Shown: piece after piece, positions 18,634 to 27,180 of the stretch
How the letters are laid out: every line of letters starts with the position of its first letter
Position numbering within the stretch: position 1 is the stretch's first letter
IMG/VR virus record: IMGVR_UViG_2565956633_000005
Location: 1-42,184 of that record
Length of the DNA: 42,184 nt
Direction: 5' to 3' (one strand)
Source of the DNA: a virus
Lineage: Duplodnaviria; Heunggongvirae; Uroviricota; Caudoviricetes
Position numbers and translations under genes: made by a program
The notes under the pieces: generated by a model
Told to the model about the DNA's origin: nothing
Database searches by the model: none
The model's input: only the letters and a program-made list of their open reading frames with translations

Positions 18634-19144
18634 GTTCAATCAGCACCTCTGTCATCCTGTCCGCCGGTACATCCAGATCAGCAGCCATTAGCGGCGCCAC
18701 CCTGGACGGCCAGTTAAGCCAGGCATCACGCTGTTGGCGAAAGGCGTTGAATAAAACCTCCTCGGCTGCTGTCAGCTCAATAAGCTGGCCGCTGTCTTTT
18801 TCATACTGCAGCTTTGCCTGCAGGGCCATGTAATTCTCGCGGATACGTCCCGCTTCCTCTCTCGAAAGATCTGCCCCTTCAGTGAGCATTATCTGGCGGA
18901 CAGTTTTATTGATTTCATCACCGTCATCATCGTTATCGCTAACGACGGGAGTTTTCTTTTTCTTCGCGTTCGAGGCGCGCGGGTCTTTGCCATCGCGGTT
19001 TTTCTTCAATGCCGCATCGCTGGCCTCTACGTCAATCAGGTCTCCGTCCATCACAATGAAGCGCCCGGCTTTAATCCACCGGCCAATTGTTTTGCGATCC
19101 ACACCTGAATGTTGTGCGTACTGACTCTGGTTCATCGTGGTCAT
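18575..19144 (-). CDS. terS: terminase small subunit (lambda Nu1-like)
   Basis: 189 aa, N-terminal HTH; overlaps terL start as in lambda. Confidence 0.75.
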   Translation of the reverse strand: MTTMNQSQYAQHSGVDRKTIGRWIKAGRFIVMDGDLIDVEASDAALKKNRDGKDPRASNAKKKKTPVVSDNDDDGDEINKTVRQIMLTEGADLSREEAGRIRENYMALQAKLQYEKDSGQLIELTAAEEVLFNAFRQQRDAWLNWPSRVAPLMAADLDVPADRMTEVLIEHVHKHISVLGEPEFNPAED

Positions 19145-19292
19145 GGGACATCACCTGGGACATTTTCTGGGGTGGGACATTCGCCTGGGACATTTTTGCC
19201 ATGTCCCACCAGAATGTCCCACTGGAATAAACTGGAATAGCCAGAGCTGGCGAGGTGTCCGTAATGATCGCCAGAGGTGGGACATGGGACAC
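19145..19292. repeat. cluster of GGGACAT heptamer repeats, candidate cosB terminase-binding sites
   Basis: GGGACAT at 19145, 19157, 19174, 19187, 19279; inverted ATGTCCC at 19201, 19214; GGGACAC at 19286; all just upstream of terS. Confidence 0.5.
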
Positions 19293-19434
19293 AAATCTGA
19301 AAGTTGTAGCTAGGAAAACACCGCGGCGCGCAATGCCCGTACCTTACAAAAGTCTCAGGAAGGACCCATTTTTTTAATGGCTTCGACCATTCGCTCCGAC
19401 TATGATTATTCCTATTCAATACAAGGAGAATGTA

Positions 19435-19938
19435 ATGGGTAACAATATAATCAAAATAACTTTCGTAGCCGCAGTGCTGGCATCACCAATTGCTCATGCC
19501 CAGTGGGTAACTAATACTGAAGATGACCTTTTCTCTGGTGGTAAGAAAGCAATGATGCTTGGCGAGGTTTCATCCGACAATGGCGCCATTGTGTTTGACT
19601 GCACTAAAGAAAAGCTATCGGCGGCATACGTTGAAATGGATAAAAGCACCGAATCACTATCAGAGGTACCAATGGACCTGATAATGAAGGTCGACGGGAA
19701 TACCGCAGTGAAGCTCGATGCTACCCTTTCAAGACGTAATGTTCAGAGCCTCCAGATTCAATCGGATGACGCGGACCAACTAAAAACAGTGCTTAAGCAG
19801 CTTCAGGGGGCGAAATCCAAAGTGTTAGTTGGTGTGCAAACAAAGGATGGCGGAAACCAGCATTCCATGTCAGCCAATGTTTCTGGATCGACAACTGCAG
19901 TAAACAGCTTCATAAAAGCTTGCGAAATTAACTTATAA
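19435..19938 (+). CDS. secreted protein of unknown function (moron, opposite strand)
   Basis: ATG at 19435 with AAGGAG RBS; signal peptide MGNNIIKITFVAAVLASPIAHA; lies between lysis genes and cos. Confidence 0.55.
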   Translation: MGNNIIKITFVAAVLASPIAHAQWVTNTEDDLFSGGKKAMMLGEVSSDNGAIVFDCTKEKLSAAYVEMDKSTESLSEVPMDLIMKVDGNTAVKLDATLSRRNVQSLQIQSDDADQLKTVLKQLQGAKSKVLVGVQTKDGGNQHSMSANVSGSTTAVNSFIKACEINL

Positions 19939-19948
19939 GTTACTGCTT

Positions 19949-20587
19949 TTATTTTGCCGTCCTGATGGCTTCTGCTATCGCCTGATTTAAAGCAGACGGT
20001 AGCAGTGCGTTCGCCATGGTACGGGCCCTATCCATATACCCCAGCACTGGAGTCACAGGTAGCGCATCACCAAACCGGATCAAAAGCTTTGGAGAACGCT
20101 GTTTACGTTTCGGTCTTCGCGTCCCATTAGCGGAGCGCTTGGCCCGTCGCTTCTTAGCTTTCATCGGTTTCTTACGCTGCCAGACAGCGTTAACGCCATC
20201 CACCTCACCTACGAATACATTTTCCTTTGCTTTGAGCTGAGAGAGCTTATTACGCGGCAGGTTGCCGTATTTATTAAGCTTTATGTCTTTCGGGTTAAGC
20301 AAAGCACTACCATTAAGCTTGTGCTCTCCGCCGAACTCGAAGGGTTCAAGGTAACCAGCAGCAGTATCACGAACAAACACCTTCGCACGAAGGCTGTTTT
20401 TCCTGGCACCAACTGACCCAACCGATTTAACTGTAAAAGGTGTTGGATTATCCAGATTCCGCTCAAATGCTGTTTTTTGGGCCGCTTCTATCTGGCGAAC
20501 CACTTTAGTCATAGCCTGGGCAGTCGCAAACGGTATTTGCTTCTGCAGCTGCTTTAGCTGCCGGGATAAATCCTTAAGCGTTGACAT
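19949..20587 (-). CDS. hypothetical protein with basic Lys/Arg-rich tract
   Basis: ATG at 20585-20587 with GGAGG RBS (MSTLKDLSRQ...). Confidence 0.45.
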   Translation of the reverse strand: MSTLKDLSRQLKQLQKQIPFATAQAMTKVVRQIEAAQKTAFERNLDNPTPFTVKSVGSVGARKNSLRAKVFVRDTAAGYLEPFEFGGEHKLNGSALLNPKDIKLNKYGNLPRNKLSQLKAKENVFVGEVDGVNAVWQRKKPMKAKKRRAKRSANGTRRPKRKQRSPKLLIRFGDALPVTPVLGYMDRARTMANALLPSALNQAIAEAIRTAK

Positions 20588-20637
20588 GGTTTCCTCCAAC
20601 ATTATCGAGCCACCTCTGGAAGTGGCTCTGTAATGCC

Positions 20638-21105
20638 TTACTTCAGGCACTGCGTGGTGATGTATTCCTGCAGCGCCCTCAGGGCTGTTTGGTCGCTGAG
20701 GATTCCGGATCGGATACCGAGAACGTTTCGTCCAGCAACTGCAGAGAGTTCGACGGTGGCATCATCGCCCATGCTGGAGGCGCCGGTGGTTTGGGTTGAG
20801 GCTGACACTGGACATTTGCCTTTGACGAGCACCCGACCACCATTATCAAGCTTGCGCTGCAGAGCATCATTTTCAGCTTTTGCATCGGCTAATTCCTTCG
20901 TGTATTTGGCATCGAGCGCTGCGACGTCTCTCTGACGGGTCTGCATGTCAGCGATGGTGTCTTTCGCCAGGCTGAGCTGCTCAGTCACTTTATCGCGCTG
21001 CCTTTTGAACTCGGTGGCGTTGTCATGGTAGTGGCTAGCCAACCATCCGAGACTGACTATCAGGCAGATCACAATGGCGCTGATAATGGTGGTTAATCGG
21101 CTCAT
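20638..21105 (-). CDS. Rz: i-spanin (Rz-like)
   Basis: ATG at 21103-21105 overlapping endolysin stop; N-terminal TM helix then coiled-coil-like region. Confidence 0.65.
   Translation of the reverse strand: MSRLTTIISAIVICLIVSLGWLASHYHDNATEFKRQRDKVTEQLSLAKDTIADMQTRQRDVAALDAKYTKELADAKAENDALQRKLDNGGRVLVKGKCPVSASTQTTGASSMGDDATVELSAVAGRNVLGIRSGILSDQTALRALQEYITTQCLK
20679..20885 (-). CDS. Rz1: o-spanin lipoprotein (Rz1-like), embedded in Rz in +1 frame
   Basis: 68 aa; lipobox-like ...LIMVVGC; Pro-rich ([12 protein letters not shown]). Confidence 0.6.
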   Translation of the reverse strand: MQKLKMMLCSASLIMVVGCSSKANVQCQPQPKPPAPPAWAMMPPSNSLQLLDETFSVSDPESSATKQP

Positions 21106-21605
21106 TTCTGCCCCCACAAACAAACTTCACGCTCAATCTCGCGGCGAGTTACCAGGCCTTTCCACTGCTTGCCCTTGGCGTAAGTCCAGCGGCGCAGCTG
21201 GTCGCACGCACCTTTCTGGTCGCCCTGGTTGATTTTGCGCAGCAGCGTGGAGGTCTGGAAGTTTCCAGCGCCGACGTTATACGCGAATGAGTACAGCGCC
21301 CCTCTCATCGTTTCGGGGATCGGAGCATTGATATATGGGTTAATCTGTCGGGCGACAATATTCAGGTCTTTATCCAGCAGCGCCTGGCACTCTGCTTTGG
21401 TGTAGGTCTTGCCGAGGATAATATCTTTACCAGTATGGCCCCAGCATACAGTCCACACTCCAACAACATCCCGATAAGGCTGATAGCGTACACCTTCAAG
21501 GCCATCATTACCCGTTGGGCCAGTAATCAACGCCGCAGCGATAGCAATAGCGCCAGCGGGTATCGCTGCAATAACGCTATTCTTCAGCTTTGGTGGCATA
21601 GCCAT
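21102..21605 (-). CDS. SAR endolysin, glycoside hydrolase family 24
   Basis: N-terminal Gly/Ala-rich signal-anchor-release segment [20 protein letters not shown]; E-x8-D-x5-T catalytic spacing ([16 protein letters not shown]). Confidence 0.8.
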   Translation of the reverse strand: MAMPPKLKNSVIAAIPAGAIAIAAALITGPTGNDGLEGVRYQPYRDVVGVWTVCWGHTGKDIILGKTYTKAECQALLDKDLNIVARQINPYINAPIPETMRGALYSFAYNVGAGNFQTSTLLRKINQGDQKGACDQLRRWTYAKGKQWKGLVTRREIEREVCLWGQK

Positions 21606-21855
21606 TGCGCCGATCCTCCCGTTCTTTCCAGCGGAAATACCAGTTCACTGCACAGGTAATAACAGTGCATGCGATACCGACAATAATTGCCCAGTCGCTC
21701 AGGCTTAACCCTGCAATTCTGTCGGCCAACATCCAGGACACCTCTTTTGCTGTTTTAGCTGTTTCGGCATATGCCTTCGCTGATACACCGCAGCCGGTCA
21801 GCGTGGTTCCTGTTCCATATGAAAGTCTGCTGTAAATGGTGCTCATTCTGGTCAT
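21577..21855 (-). CDS. pinholin (phage 21 S-like) with dual-start motif
   Basis: MTRM... dual start; TMD2 [29 protein letters not shown] resembles S21 pinholin; overlaps endolysin start. Confidence 0.7.
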   Translation of the reverse strand: MTRMSTIYSRLSYGTGTTLTGCGVSAKAYAETAKTAKEVSWMLADRIAGLSLSDWAIIVGIACTVITCAVNWYFRWKEREDRRNGYATKAEE

Positions 21856-22262
21856 AGCCTCACCTCCGATTTTTCGGATGGCGCTGTGTGTGTTTGAAAA
21901 GGGTCAGGCTTCACGGGCTGGATTTATCAACAAAGCACGTAGCGGATGATTCCCGTGAGCCTGAAATTGATGAATATGTCTGAAATAACTAGACCATTAG
22001 TAAAACAACTCGATAAATGTGGTTAAATGAGACTACGTTCTCACAACTTAATTAGTACCAATGATTATCAAGCCCTGCCCCTACTGCGGAAAGTTAATTA
22101 ACCCAGAATCACTTGTGTGTAGCCACTGCCGGATAGTGAATCCTTTTGTGAAGGCCAGCAGAAGAGAAAAAGCGAAGAATGTATTAGTAATCGCTCTCGT
22201 TGCTGCTTTTTTAATTTGGATGATTCTCTGAGTTGCCAGTTTTCAATGAAGATAATGCGGGC

Positions 22263-22289
22263 AAAAAAAGCCTGCTCGGACGAACAGGC
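22263..22289 (-). terminator. intrinsic terminator candidate
   Basis: Minus-strand hairpin GCCTG-N10-CAGGC followed by U7 (plus A-run 22263-22269). Confidence 0.45.
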
Positions 22290-22706
22290 ATGAAAAATAA
22301 CAATACCGTCAAGGAGGTGGCGCCGGGTGCCTCCCGGTGGAACAGCCCCAGCCGACTAGTTCCGCGCAAACAAACCTGGACAAAAAAGTTTGACTGGACG
22401 CCCCGCCGCATAGGGGGATTCACCACGAACCAAAAGATAAAATCATCCGGTGACCGGGGCAATATCTAACCGGAACTTTTCAGAATCACTTATTGTTTCC
22501 TGGAGAGTACATGAGCGTTGGTGAATTCACGTGATGCTTTTGGATGAGCGCTGAACCCAAAGGTCAGTATTTTCACACAGCAATTTTGCAAAAAGCAGCG
22601 CCCATTCAAAACCAGGTCGCTTTCCAGTCACTCCGGGGAACCCATCATCGCAGACTGGAAAGCTTTTACTGGAGCGGGCAAAGGAATCGAACCTCTGACG
22701 CGCAGC

Positions 22707-23132
22707 TTATTTCCAGGTTTCGCCATTTAAGGCTGAAAGCACTGTTTGATGTGTTACACCAAACATTCTCCCTAGCCCTCTGGCTCCATAAACCTTATGT
22801 CGTGGAATGTAGTTTTCTCTGATGAACTGGACGCTGTCCATTGTTAGCTTGCTCATACCATTCAGCTCACCAGCTACTAAGTAGCTAAGGTCAAATTTGG
22901 TTTTCTGAATGTGGCATGCAGAACATAGTAGTTGGCACTTTTCAACCTCAGCATAAAACACCGAATCTGAGTGATAGTGCATCTCGCTTACATTTGCTGA
23001 TTTGGTGGAAGGGTCTATGCGGTCAAACTGAAGCGAATATTCGGATCCGCAACTCGCGCAACGACCACCCAACTTTTCCACGGCCTTAGCAAGCCTAGCC
23101 CTTCGATTAAGATAGTAATCTTTGCTCGGCAT
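22707..23132 (-). CDS. HNH endonuclease
   Basis: 141 aa; Cys pairs CASCGS...H...CSACH; GAGGTG RBS. Confidence 0.65.
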   Translation of the reverse strand: MPSKDYYLNRRARLAKAVEKLGGRCASCGSEYSLQFDRIDPSTKSANVSEMHYHSDSVFYAEVEKCQLLCSACHIQKTKFDLSYLVAGELNGMSKLTMDSVQFIRENYIPRHKVYGARGLGRMFGVTHQTVLSALNGETWK

Positions 23133-23167
23133 TTACCACCTCTGCCACTGAACTAGACCGGCGAATT

Positions 23168-23242
23168 TGGCGGGACAGGAAGGATTCGAACCTTCGACCA
23201 TTCGGTTAACAGCCGAACGCACAACCGCTGTGCTTCTGACCC
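23168..23242 (-). tRNA. tRNA-Asn (anticodon GTT)
   Basis: Hand-folded cloverleaf: T arm GAAGG-TTCGAAT-CCTTC, anticodon loop CTGTTAA, G73 discriminator, encoded CCA; deviations A8 and a U-U mismatch in the acceptor stem. Confidence 0.6.
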
Positions 23243-23249
23243 TGAAATG

Positions 23250-23275
23250 AAAAAGCCCCGCACGATGGCGAGGCT
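23250..23275 (-). terminator. hairpin plus U5 between late promoter candidate and tRNA
   Basis: 8-bp stem with one mismatch, then UUUUU on minus-strand transcript. Confidence 0.3.
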
Positions 23276-23328
23276 CTTAATTCTTTGTCGACCTACGAAG
23301 CTATGGCGACGATATCATATTTACATGA

Positions 23329-23357
23329 AATATATGCTATTTAATTGACTTTTGCAA
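23329..23357 (-). promoter_or_regulatory. candidate late promoter (pR'-like)
   Basis: Minus strand TTGCAA-17 nt-TATATT overlapping the 3' end of the Q-like gene. Confidence 0.3.
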
Positions 23358-24030
23358 TACCATGCCGCGAAAAAGTCGTTTTTTGTTGTGAACGTGATCG
23401 AGAAACCGTCAGCAAAGCTTGTCTGTCCAATCCTTGGAAAATTTCCCCCATAGCCCGCCAGTAGCCAGAATAGTTATGGCTCCAGTTATCGGGTTTAATT
23501 CCGATCATAGAAGCTGGCGCATAACGTAAGCAGCCTTCCCTGCCTGAAATATCTGCTTTTTCATTCTGAGCCGCCAGCCAGATGAGCTGACGCAGGCGAT
23601 CTACCGTTTTCTTTGCAATGCGCACACCTGCAAATTGTTGGTTGAATTGCTCCCACGCCCAGCGGACAATCGTCTCCTGGAGCTCCCAGCAGATATTGTC
23701 GCTGTAGGTCCAGAGCAACCATGCTCTCTGATGGTCTTCCAGAGACAGGACAGCGCGGCGCCATGATGCGGTGCCGAACTCTACCGGACTCACCAGCGCG
23801 ATTGACGAGCCCTTGGCGCGTGACTGACTGCCGCTCATCGGCGGGCCGTCGGGGTTAACCATGCGCTTTTTCTGCGCGTCATAGACTTTCTTCCGCCCCC
23901 GACTCCGCGCCGTCGCGGTGAATTGCGCGTTCTCGGCGAAAGCTACCAGCTGCCCTTTCGTCGCCCCGCTGAGGTCTGCGGTCGCCACAATGAGCTGCTG
24001 ACGTACGTATTCCAGTTGCTGACTGTTCAT
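23341..24030 (-). CDS. putative late antiterminator Q-like protein
   Basis: 229-aa ORF in the Q position between nin genes and late leader; family assignment tentative. Confidence 0.5.
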   Translation of the reverse strand: MNSQQLEYVRQQLIVATADLSGATKGQLVAFAENAQFTATARSRGRKKVYDAQKKRMVNPDGPPMSGSQSRAKGSSIALVSPVEFGTASWRRAVLSLEDHQRAWLLWTYSDNICWELQETIVRWAWEQFNQQFAGVRIAKKTVDRLRQLIWLAAQNEKADISGREGCLRYAPASMIGIKPDNWSHNYSGYWRAMGEIFQGLDRQALLTVSRSRSQQKTTFSRHGIAKVN

Positions 24031-24139
24031 GCGGCTTCCTTCTGTGGCTGGTTGGTTTTGGTCTGGCTGTGCTTTGCTATTGGCGGCAGGTTGGCGCGCT
24101 TAACGCTTTCTGCCTGGTAGCGGATAATCTGGTCACGTG

Positions 24140-24523
24140 TCATTCGTCCACCCTCTCGTTCTGCCAGAGAGGAAGTGGTGACTTATCCCCAGCGCGGCGT
24201 ATGCGGGATTTGGCGTTCTTCTCAATCTGAATGAGTTTCTCGATATTCTGACGGCGCTGCTTTTCTTCCCGGCGGAGATATTTCACGTTCTCCATATAGC
24301 GAGACTCCTGGTCGCAGAGCGTCATCAGGAAGTCAAAAGGCTCGATCAACGTTTCGCACTTCCTGCAGCGTAAGGTCCGGTCCTTTTCGTTAACCCAAAC
24401 GGTGGAGTGCAGGCACATTACCTTCTGTCCTTCGCGCTGAATAACGAGCCCATCCTGTAGGTCGTTATTCTTTGACGGGAAAGCGACAACCTTGCCCAGT
24501 TCAATTTCTGTTTCTGTGCTCAT
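24140..24523 (-). CDS. hypothetical protein (nin region)
   Basis: 127-aa ORF, ATGA overlap with ninG stop. Confidence 0.45.
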   Translation of the reverse strand: MSTETEIELGKVVAFPSKNNDLQDGLVIQREGQKVMCLHSTVWVNEKDRTLRCRKCETLIEPFDFLMTLCDQESRYMENVKYLRREEKQRRQNIEKLIQIEKNAKSRIRRAGDKSPLPLWQNERVDE

Positions 24524-25161
24524 GCGGCCTCCCGTTGTTTCAATGCTTTGAGTTTGGCGCGGTACTCATCGCGGATCCGGATGAAATCTTCCCGGCGGTA
24601 GTTGGTCATTTCGTGGGGGCCATTGAGCCAGTCGACGTATTCCTGTCCGTAACGAGCAACCAGACCGGCTTCGTATTGCTGCGCTACGGTCGCCTCCTTG
24701 GCGGTGTACTTTCCGGCACCGGCATTACACGATTTGCACTGCTTATGGGCGTTGCGCTCTTCAAAGCGAAGTTCTGGGTTGGCGCCGACCGTTTTGAAGT
24801 GGCCGCAGTCCCACTGGCCGCCATGTAAATCAGGTGGATTGGTCTCTCCGCAGCTGATGCATGGCAAATCAGCGTCACGCGCTCGGATGTAGGCGTTGAA
24901 CGCCTGCTGAGCCTGCGCCTTGTAGTAACCGGCAGGCCGAAGCTCTGCCAGCCGTTCCTTGCGGCGTTTGCGACCGGCCTTCTCGGCGTCCTTCTGCTCC
25001 TTGATGCGCTTAGCAGCGGCTTTCACCTTCTCCTTTTCGCGTTCTTCCATTGCGAGGATTGTGCCGTGCTCAGGGCTGCACCAGCGGATCCGGATGTCGT
25101 GGAATTTAGGCACGAAGTATTCACCGCATACTTTGCACTTACGGCGGGATGGTTTACGCAT
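24520..25161 (-). CDS. ninG: NinG/Rap-like recombination protein
   Basis: N-terminus MRKPSRRKCKVCGEYF...WCSPEHG and ...DLPCISCGE...HKQCKSCN match NinG pattern from memory. Confidence 0.7.
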   Translation of the reverse strand: MRKPSRRKCKVCGEYFVPKFHDIRIRWCSPEHGTILAMEEREKEKVKAAAKRIKEQKDAEKAGRKRRKERLAELRPAGYYKAQAQQAFNAYIRARDADLPCISCGETNPPDLHGGQWDCGHFKTVGANPELRFEERNAHKQCKSCNAGAGKYTAKEATVAQQYEAGLVARYGQEYVDWLNGPHEMTNYRREDFIRIRDEYRAKLKALKQREAA

Positions 25162-25324
25162 GACCTCTCCTCGCCGCGAGACGCAGCCATTTCTGATCCA
25201 CCAGGCGGGCGGTGTAGCCTTTCAAGGTCGGGATGTCGGACGGCTTAACCGCGGGCTTACGCTTGCGGCGCGCAGGAACGCGGAAGATTTCGTTTGTGAT
25301 GACGCGGGAAAGTGGAGTAGACAT
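25154..25324 (-). CDS. small basic hypothetical protein (56 aa)
   Basis: Hand-translated, below track cutoff; ATGA overlap with ninB stop and overlaps ninG start. Confidence 0.35.
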   Translation of the reverse strand: MSTPLSRVITNEIFRVPARRKRKPAVKPSDIPTLKGYTARLVDQKWLRLAARRGHA

Positions 25325-25779
25325 CAGGCCTCCTGCTTATCGCGTAGTTGCTGGTACTCGCAGCTCTGCGGGATGGTCAGGTGGCAGCCGATATTCATCG
25401 CCCAGGCTTCGACTTTGCACAGGAAAATGTACATCTCGCCCGTTTCCAGCTCTGACGTATGACGTAGGGATTGGACGGTGGTGACCTCGCCAGACACGAC
25501 GTCTACACGGTCCTTGCTTTCGTAGCCGAGATAGGTGTGCTTCATCGCGTCTTTGACCCACTCAGGCGTAGCGAAGGTCTTGCCGCGCGCGATCAGGTAC
25601 TCGCTAATTTCCGTGTACCACATGTGGCTGAGCGCGTTCTGCGACAGGCTGCGCTTCTCGCGCCATGGCTTAACCTGAAGGCGGAAGCATTGCCCGTCAT
25701 TCAGAAGTGGGTGAAGGTGCTGGGTGATAGCATTAATATTGCCACGATGAAGCTTGATGCCGTCTTTTGGGAGAATCAT
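25324..25779 (-). CDS. ninB: NinB/Orf-like recombination protein
   Basis: ATG at 25777-25779 with GGAGGT RBS; RSLSQN...W motif resembles NinB. Confidence 0.6.
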   Translation of the reverse strand: MILPKDGIKLHRGNINAITQHLHPLLNDGQCFRLQVKPWREKRSLSQNALSHMWYTEISEYLIARGKTFATPEWVKDAMKHTYLGYESKDRVDVVSGEVTTVQSLRHTSELETGEMYIFLCKVEAWAMNIGCHLTIPQSCEYQQLRDKQEA

Positions 25780-26029
25780 ACGCCACCTCCGAGAGGTAAC
25801 GCAGAATACAGAAAATCGCAGGTGCATTTCTGCATCTGTGACAATGTGAGGAGTTCAGATTGTGGTCGCATTTAAGTCCCCTTAAATGCGCAGAAGTCAC
25901 TGACGGGTGTTCAGGCCGTCAGCAAAGAAAGTATGGACGGTTGATTCAACAAAATCAACTAAAGAGAAAGGCCTCCGAAGAGGCCCTGGGCGGGTCGATA
26001 TGTGAATCCCCATATCGCTTGTATGGTAG

Positions 26030-26272
26030 CTATGTCAACTCAGGCAGTTTGAAGCCAGCCATGTCTTCTGCCCGGATGGGAGGTGACAGGCAGTCAGCAA
26101 AGACCAGTGAACCATCGAGCAAGATAACGAAACTCCACCCTCTGAACAGGCTGGCGCTACACCAGTCGGCCTTAAGCGGCACATCTGGCATCCTGTCCGG
26201 GAAGGTTGGGTAATGCTCTGCAAGCCACTCCATGGCGTCGCAGCGGTTGATGGTGTAATTGTCGTACATCAT
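26030..26272 (-). CDS. hypothetical protein
   Basis: ATG at 26270-26272 with GGAGG RBS; overlaps upstream stop. Confidence 0.4.
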   Translation of the reverse strand: MMYDNYTINRCDAMEWLAEHYPTFPDRMPDVPLKADWCSASLFRGWSFVILLDGSLVFADCLSPPIRAEDMAGFKLPELT

Positions 26273-27180
26273 GCCTCCTGCTGTGGTGCTGCTGGTGCAG
26301 CGGCGAGCATTTTCGAGTAGCAATGCACTGTATTCAGCCAGAACCCAACCACCGATTGCCCCGCACGCAACATATCTTTTGTTGGGTCAATCGGAACGAG
26401 TTTCCATCCATTAGGAATGGAGGAGGTATTAACGCTTTCCCCCTGAAGCGCGGCAGCGGCTCGCTCCAAAAGCTCAGGTGATTTGATCTCTCCTTTTTCT
26501 CGAAGATATTTAGCTCTACCAGTAAGCATGCAAATAAAATCATCTGGCAATTTGTAAGCCGTCGTTACAGGTTCAACCATATTGTTGGAGTCACCGGAAT
26601 GGTCAACCATAGCGAGCTTATCCTCGGTATGGTTGGTTATCGCTTCCTGAAAGCGTTCAAGCTCCACGTACTCCTGGCATGACCAACCGCCATCAATGAA
26701 ATCACGAGCTTCAACAGCGTCGAAAGTGAATGATGTTTCGCTGCCAGTTGGTGAGGTTAAGCCGTACAGGTCTGCTACCGGCTTAAACTGTGTGGCTGGA
26801 ATATTTTCAGGAATATTTTGTTGTCGATTTTGTTGCTCGGCACCCTGAAGCATGGCGGCGAACTCCTTCATGCCTGTATCATGTTCTGCTCGCTGCTCTG
26901 GTGTCATAGCCTCAAGCTCAGCATAATACTCTGCGCGCCGCCGTAATGCTCCAAGCATTGTTCTAGTAGGCACTCCTTTGCCGAATTTCAAACCAGGCTC
27001 CAGCATCACTGGGCATGGCAAGGTTTCAGGGTAATCAGGCACAGATGCCGGCGCTGGCGGGGAGGCGAGCATGGACATCAACGCGCATATGGTGTCCTCG
27101 CCGATTTCAAACATACCACTGGCGTTCTGCTCCGAAGCTTTCAGGTCTTCGATTAACTGCTCTCTGGTAATAGTGCTCAT
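26269..27180 (-). CDS. hypothetical protein (303 aa)
   Basis: Long ORF with ATGA overlap to Ead-like gene. Confidence 0.5.
   Translation of the reverse strand: MSTITREQLIEDLKASEQNASGMFEIGEDTICALMSMLASPPAPASVPDYPETLPCPVMLEPGLKFGKGVPTRTMLGALRRRAEYYAELEAMTPEQRAEHDTGMKEFAAMLQGAEQQNRQQNIPENIPATQFKPVADLYGLTSPTGSETSFTFDAVEARDFIDGGWSCQEYVELERFQEAITNHTEDKLAMVDHSGDSNNMVEPVTTAYKLPDDFICMLTGRAKYLREKGEIKSPELLERAAAALQGESVNTSSIPNGWKLVPIDPTKDMLRAGQSVVGFWLNTVHCYSKMLAAAPAAPQQEA

Noticed and set aside
22233-22469. 78-aa plus ORF and 83-aa minus ORF in the late leader
   Set aside because: Basic low-complexity composition, no RBS; region better explained as leader with terminator hairpin
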